NCBI GenBank assembly: GCA_902628275.1
Contig: CACOMI010000001.1
Span: 23,226 to 87,225 of the forward strand
Origin: an uncultured Pelagibacteraceae bacterium
GTDB taxonomy: Bacteria > Pseudomonadota > Alphaproteobacteria > Pelagibacterales > Pelagibacteraceae
Direction: 5' to 3'
DNA: 64,000 bases
The notes beneath the pieces are model-generated. The model was not told the DNA's origin. It saw only the letters and a program-made list of their open reading frames with translations, and did not search any database. Positions 59,290-64,000 of this stretch are shown piece by piece. Within the stretch, counting starts at the first letter, position 1. Each line of letters opens with the position of its first letter. The position numbers were made by a program, and so were the translations under genes.

Positions 59290-60243
59290 ATGAAAAAAAT
59301 ACTTATTACTAGAAGACTTCTAAGATCCTGTGAAGATAAAGCTAAAGAAATATTTGAAACAAGTTTTAATTCAAATGACGAACTATATTCACAAAAAAAA
59401 CTAATCGAGCTTAGTTCGGGTAAAGATGGTATTTTATCATCTTTAACAGATAAATTAGATGCTGAAACAATTAATCAACTTCCAGATAGTATAAAAATTA
59501 TATCAAATTTTGCTGTTGGATTTGGAAATATAGATTTGGATGCCGCTAAGAATAGAGGTATTGCTGTAACTAACACTCCAGATGTTTTAACAGACGCGAC
59601 AGCCGAAATTGGAATTTTGTTAATACTTGGTGCCTGCAGAAGAGCTTCAGAAGGTATTGAAAGTGCAAAAGAAGGCGGTTGGAAATGGTCGGCTGATTAT
59701 TTAATTGGAAAACAATTAACTGGATCTAGGTTGGGAATTTTGGGAATGGGAAGAATAGGACAAAAAATTGCAAAGATTGCAAAATCTTTAGGAATGATAA
59801 TTCATTATCATAATCGATCAAAATTAAGCGAAGATAAAGAACAAGGTGCTACTTATCATGATAATTTAAAAAGTCTTTTGTCGGTATCAGATGTACTTTC
59901 AGTATGTTGCCCTGCATCAAAAGAAACAGTGGATATGATTAATAAAGAGACATTAGAGTATTTACCAAAAGGAGCTATAGTTACAAACGTTGCTAGAGGA
60001 GATATTATTGAAGATGAAGCTATGATCGATGCTCTTGATAGAAGAAAAGTTTATGCTGTTGGTTTAGATGTATACAAAAATGAGCCAAATTTAAATCCGG
60101 GTTATTTAAAACATAAAAGTGCGTTTATTCTTCCGCATTTAGGCAGTGCAACAAAAGAGACTCGTACAGCAATGGCCAATTTAGCTATTGATAATTTGGA
60201 TGAATATTTCAAGACAGGAAATTGCCAAAATAAAGTAAATTAA
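59290..60243 (+). CDS. D-2-hydroxyacid dehydrogenase (glyoxylate/hydroxypyruvate reductase, GyaR-like)
   Basis: TNTPDVL, GMGRIG, NVARG, GLDVY, LPHLGSAT. Confidence 0.9.
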   Translation: MKKILITRRLLRSCEDKAKEIFETSFNSNDELYSQKKLIELSSGKDGILSSLTDKLDAETINQLPDSIKIISNFAVGFGNIDLDAAKNRGIAVTNTPDVLTDATAEIGILLILGACRRASEGIESAKEGGWKWSADYLIGKQLTGSRLGILGMGRIGQKIAKIAKSLGMIIHYHNRSKLSEDKEQGATYHDNLKSLLSVSDVLSVCCPASKETVDMINKETLEYLPKGAIVTNVARGDIIEDEAMIDALDRRKVYAVGLDVYKNEPNLNPGYLKHKSAFILPHLGSATKETRTAMANLAIDNLDEYFKTGNCQNKVN

Positions 60244-60261
60244 AACAAGACTAATCGTACT

Positions 60262-61161
60262 TTAAGTTCTAGATAATAAAAGAATTGTAACCCCAATAAC
60301 AAAAATAATAATTCCAATAATCTCTGTAATTTTTACCTTCTCTTTAAACATATATCTTGAAGAAAAATAACTAAATAACAATTCAATTTGACCAACAGCT
60401 CTAACAAATGAAGATTGTATTAAGGTGAAAGCATAAAACCAAGATAGTGATGCTAATAATCCAGCTATACCCGTTAAAAAACATTCATATTTATCATGAT
60501 AAAGTTTCTTAAATTCTGACTTTTCAAAAAAAATTAAATAAATTGTTAAAATTACTGTTTGTATAAATAATCCAATAAATAGTACCGAAATAGCTTTTCC
60601 AAAATTTGAACTAATATTCTCCAATGTTAAAATAGCTGCTCTAAAATAAACAACACTTAAACCCAAGAATAATCCTGATATCAAACCTACTATAGTAGTT
60701 TTTGAAAATAAATTATTAAGAAAAAGTCTTAAGTCTTTTACAGATAATAATATAACGCCAAGTGTTGATATAACAATTCCACTAATTCCAAACTTATTTA
60801 ATTTTTCATTTAATATTAAATACTCAAATAATGCTACTTGGATAACTTCAGTTTTGCTTAGAGATGTACCTACAACAAAATTTGAAAAATTAAATAAATA
60901 TAACAAAAAAAATGTAAAAATAATTTGAAAGATCGATGCTAGAAAAATGTTAAGCAAGAACCCTGGTTGTATTAACATTTCTTTTAATATCTGTAAGTCT
61001 CTAAAAAAAATAAAAAATAAAATTGCAGCGAATGGTAACGCAAATGCAAATCTAACATATGTAGAAGCTATAGTAGAAATGTCTTTATTTAGTTTTTTTT
61101 GCAAAGATGATCTTAAATTTTGAAAAAAAGCTCCACAAACTGTAACTAATATCCAATTCAT
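60262..61161 (-). CDS. DMT/EamA family transporter
   Basis: About 10 TM helices, QNLRSSLQK, KTE, GQIE. Confidence 0.8.
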   Translation of the reverse strand: MNWILVTVCGAFFQNLRSSLQKKLNKDISTIASTYVRFAFALPFAAILFFIFFRDLQILKEMLIQPGFLLNIFLASIFQIIFTFFLLYLFNFSNFVVGTSLSKTEVIQVALFEYLILNEKLNKFGISGIVISTLGVILLSVKDLRLFLNNLFSKTTIVGLISGLFLGLSVVYFRAAILTLENISSNFGKAISVLFIGLFIQTVILTIYLIFFEKSEFKKLYHDKYECFLTGIAGLLASLSWFYAFTLIQSSFVRAVGQIELLFSYFSSRYMFKEKVKITEIIGIIIFVIGVTILLLSRT

Positions 61162-61274
61162 AAATAATAATTTTTTTGTAATATATTTAAAAGTCGACTT
61201 TGAATATCACGATATTAAAGATAAATATAAATAATATTTTATGAAAAAATTAAAATTAATTAAAGGAGATTTGC

Positions 61275-62189
61275 ATGAGGGATAAAATTGCTTTTATTGG
61301 AGTTGGGAACATGGGAAATCCAATGGCAGAAAACTTACACAAATCTGGAAAAAAAATTACCGTATTCGATGTTTCAAAAGAAATGATGGAGCGAGCTGAA
61401 AAAAAAGGACTAAATACTTCAGAAAGCATTGAATCTCTAATTAACGAAGAGGTCTCAATAGTTATAACTATGTTGCCTGAAGGCAAACATTCAAAAGAAA
61501 TATATTTAGGCGATAATGGAATAATCAACAAAGTTTCAAAAGATTGTCTGTTAATTGATTGCTCAACAATAGATATAGAAACTTCAAAAGAAATTGGAAA
61601 TTCTGCGGATAATCAAAATATTATGATGATAGATGCTCCAGTAAGCGGGGGAGTAATGGGCGCTCAAAAGGCAACTCTTAATATAATGGTTGGTGGATCT
61701 AAAGAAGCTTTTGATAAAGCATTACCTGTTTTAAAAATTTTGGGAAAAAATATTTATCATGCTGGTGAAATAGGAAGTGGTAATGGAGCTAAGATTTGTA
61801 ATAATATGGCCTTAGGTATTGCTATGATAGCAGCGTCAGAGTCATTAATGTTAGCTAAAAGACTAAATATAGATATCAAAAAGGTTCATGAAATAATGAG
61901 AAATGCATCTGGTAATAGTTGGCCAATTTCTGTTTATCCACCTCTGCCAGGTCTAATTGATGGAACACCATCTAATAATAATTACCGGCCAGGTTTTTCT
62001 GCAGGTATGATGAACAAAGATCTCAAACTTGCTTATGAATGTGCAAAAAGCGTGAATGCTGAAACTCCATTAGGGAAGATGGCATTAGAAATCTATGATC
62101 AATTTTGTAAAGAGGGGAATGATACTAAAGATTTTTCAGCAATTTCAAAAGTTATCGGGGGAGATGCTTGGGATTATCCGATTGATTAA
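61275..62189 (+). CDS. mmsB: 3-hydroxyisobutyrate dehydrogenase
   Basis: FIGVGNMG, DAPVSGG, KICNN, MNKDL; SD AAGGAG. Confidence 0.9.
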   Translation: MRDKIAFIGVGNMGNPMAENLHKSGKKITVFDVSKEMMERAEKKGLNTSESIESLINEEVSIVITMLPEGKHSKEIYLGDNGIINKVSKDCLLIDCSTIDIETSKEIGNSADNQNIMMIDAPVSGGVMGAQKATLNIMVGGSKEAFDKALPVLKILGKNIYHAGEIGSGNGAKICNNMALGIAMIAASESLMLAKRLNIDIKKVHEIMRNASGNSWPISVYPPLPGLIDGTPSNNNYRPGFSAGMMNKDLKLAYECAKSVNAETPLGKMALEIYDQFCKEGNDTKDFSAISKVIGGDAWDYPID

Positions 62190-62260
62190 TTAATTTCTTA
62201 AATAATCAACAAATAACTTCAGGTTGTATTTGTTAATTTACTGAACACTTAAAAGAGGCA

Positions 62261-62289
62261 TTGACTTCGTGGGATATAAAATTTTTAAT
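62261..62289 (+). promoter_or_regulatory. Putative sigma70 promoter for the ADH-SBP operon
   Basis: TTGACT-N17-TTTAAT; SD GGAGG before ATG 62322. Confidence 0.45.
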
Positions 62290-62321
62290 GTGTTTTTTTA
62301 AATTATTATGGAGGCAAGGGA

Positions 62322-63383
62322 ATGAAAGCGCAAGTACTGCACAAATATGATCCAGAGATGAAAGAAAAAGTTTGGGTTACAGGTGAAGAAATGCCAGATC
62401 CAAAAATTGAAAAGGCATCAGATGTAATAGTTAAAATTGGTGCTGCAGGTGTTTGCAGAACAGATTTGCACATTATTGAAGGAGTGTGGAAACATATTCA
62501 AGATCCAGATGGAACTTTATTACCATGTGTGATGGGACATGAAAATGCAGGATGGATAGAAGACGTAGGTAAAGATGTTACAGATTTTAAAAAAGGTGAT
62601 CCAGTTATTTTGCATCCTTTAATATCTGGTACAGATGGAACGTGTTTAGACTGTAGAAGAGGAAATGACATGCATGCTGCTGCAGGAGCATTCCCAGGTT
62701 TAAGTATCAAAGAGGGAGGATACTCAGAACTATTAAAAACAAGTGTAAGAAATTTAATTAAGCTTCCACAAGTTTTAGCACCAAAAGATGTTGCACCATT
62801 TTCAGATGCGGGACTTACGGCTTACAGAGTTGTAAAAAAAGCTACAAGACACCTGCTTCCAGGTCAAAGCTGTACTATTATAGGTGCTGGTGGTCTAGGT
62901 CATATTGCTATTCAATGTTTAAAAGCTATGTGTGCTGCTGACATTATTATAGTAGAAAAATCTGAAACTGCTCTTAAGCACGCAATGGAACTTGGTGGAG
63001 ATCATGGAGTTTTAATTGATGGCAATGAAATAGAGAAAGTCCAAGAACTAACAAAAGGAAAAGGCTCAGAGGCTGTAATAGATTTTGTTGGAGAAAAGGG
63101 ATCTACAGCAATGGGTATTCAAATGACCTCTAATGGTGGTTTTTATTATATTGTTGGATATGGAGAGGAAATTAAATCTCTAGCTGTTGATTTAATCATT
63201 TCAGAAAAAACAATTGTAGGAAATTTAGTGGGAACGTGGTCTGAGTTGTACGAACTTATGGAGTTAGCTGATCGAGGTAAAGTAAAGCTATCTATGCAAG
63301 AGTACAAATTAGACGATGCTAATAAGGCACTTCATGATCTTAATGACGGTAAAGTTAAGGGAAGAGCTGTTTTAGTTCCATAA
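62322..63383 (+). CDS. Zn-dependent NAD(P) alcohol dehydrogenase (MDR family)
   Basis: GVCRTDLH, GHENAG, DAGLTAY, GAGGLG, GRAVLVP. Confidence 0.9.
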   Translation: MKAQVLHKYDPEMKEKVWVTGEEMPDPKIEKASDVIVKIGAAGVCRTDLHIIEGVWKHIQDPDGTLLPCVMGHENAGWIEDVGKDVTDFKKGDPVILHPLISGTDGTCLDCRRGNDMHAAAGAFPGLSIKEGGYSELLKTSVRNLIKLPQVLAPKDVAPFSDAGLTAYRVVKKATRHLLPGQSCTIIGAGGLGHIAIQCLKAMCAADIIIVEKSETALKHAMELGGDHGVLIDGNEIEKVQELTKGKGSEAVIDFVGEKGSTAMGIQMTSNGGFYYIVGYGEEIKSLAVDLIISEKTIVGNLVGTWSELYELMELADRGKVKLSMQEYKLDDANKALHDLNDGKVKGRAVLVP

Positions 63384-63403
63384 TTAAAAAGAGAGGAAAA
63401 ATA

Positions 63404-64000
63404 ATGAAGATAATAAAAACATGCCTAACAGCTATAATATCTAGTGTAATGATATTTAGCCCAATGGCGTATGCAGATAAGTGGAGTGATCAATTTCCAC
63501 ATATTAAGGCTACAGGAGATATTCCTGGTGAGTGTTCTTATGAGTCTATGTCTAAGAAAAACTACAAAGGCAAGACTTTGAAAATAAATACACACGCTGT
63601 TCCAGTTATGGGAGAGCCAACAGCTCTTCATGCAGAGCAGTTTGCAAAACTTACAGGAGCAAAAGTTGACGTAACTCACACTCCTGCAGGAGACCTATAC
63701 GCAAAAGCGATGGTACCTTTTCAAGCAGGTCAAGCTCCATATGATATAGTTTTTGGATTTTCTAATTTCATTAATGATTGGAGAAGATATTTAGAACCAG
63801 TTCCAAAAAAATATGTCGAAATGAAGCAAATGCAAGATGTTACTCCATCACATATTGGTATAGCTTCTTGGGATGGTGTAATGTATCAGTTCCCTGTAGA
63901 TGGTGACAGACACTATCTTAAATACAGAAAAGATGTAATTGATAATCCTAAATATCAAAAAAAATATAAAGCCGACACTGGAAAAGAGTTAAGAGTTCCA
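63404..64000 (+). CDS. ABC transporter extracellular solute-binding protein (carbohydrate-type), runs off the window end
   Basis: Manual translation from ATG 63404 after SD GAGAGG: signal peptide ending AYA, TGAKV, YDIV, YQFPVDGDRHYLKYRKD; open to the window end. Confidence 0.8.
   Translation, partial: MKIIKTCLTAIISSVMIFSPMAYADKWSDQFPHIKATGDIPGECSYESMSKKNYKGKTLKINTHAVPVMGEPTALHAEQFAKLTGAKVDVTHTPAGDLYAKAMVPFQAGQAPYDIVFGFSNFINDWRRYLEPVPKKYVEMKQMQDVTPSHIGIASWDGVMYQFPVDGDRHYLKYRKDVIDNPKYQKKYKADTGKELRVP

Noticed and set aside
61241-61285. 14-codon ORF MKKLKLIKGDLHEG overlapping the mmsB start, as a possible leader peptide
   Set aside because: No SD, no attenuator hairpin and no diagnostic codon run; expected by chance in AT-rich DNA
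62190-62321. Riboswitch (SAM-V, glycine or TPP) upstream of the ADH gene
   Set aside because: No conserved aptamer sequence recognised; only a simple hairpin and promoter-like boxes
63425-63679. 84-aa Cys-rich minus-strand ORF
   Set aside because: Antisense shadow of the solute-binding protein gene starting at 63404
1-64000. CRISPR arrays, IS elements, prophage or defence systems
   Set aside because: No regularly spaced repeats and no transposase, integrase, phage structural or restriction-modification motifs seen; poly-A/T runs reflect base composition

Overview
Very AT-rich, gene-dense bacterial chromosomal DNA with intergenic spacers of mostly 0-30 bp. Gene content and order point to a streamlined marine alphaproteobacterium of the SAR11/Pelagibacterales type (inference; there is no rRNA in the window). 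The backbone is housekeeping: hslVU, hisBHAFE, ftsK-lolA, purH, rpe, acs with an ActP-type symporter, tsaD, hemCD, folD, argG, ccmCDEFGH and tRNA-Gly(GCC). No integrase, transposase, CRISPR array or prophage was seen. Accessory-looking elements: (i) a malyl-CoA lyase + malate thiokinase cassette (mcl-mtkAB) between hisE and a HIT gene; (ii) a haloacetate dehalogenase + TauD dioxygenase + AEC carrier cassette; (iii) a ~7 kb light/UV-repair locus with an FeS-less (6-4)-type photolyase and an inverted-domain photolyase converging on a DUF2256 peptide, a two-domain DUF4174-like fusion, a secreted animal-like CRTAC1 protein and a secreted 10-Cys orphan; (iv) tandem alpha-hydroxy-acid oxidases with a glyoxylate/lactate gene set; (v) a candidate sRNA hairpin with an anti-SD loop between hspQ and ccmC; (vi) an Acs with a histone-tail-like basic N-terminal extension. 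All family assignments come from motif recognition by eye, not from database searches.
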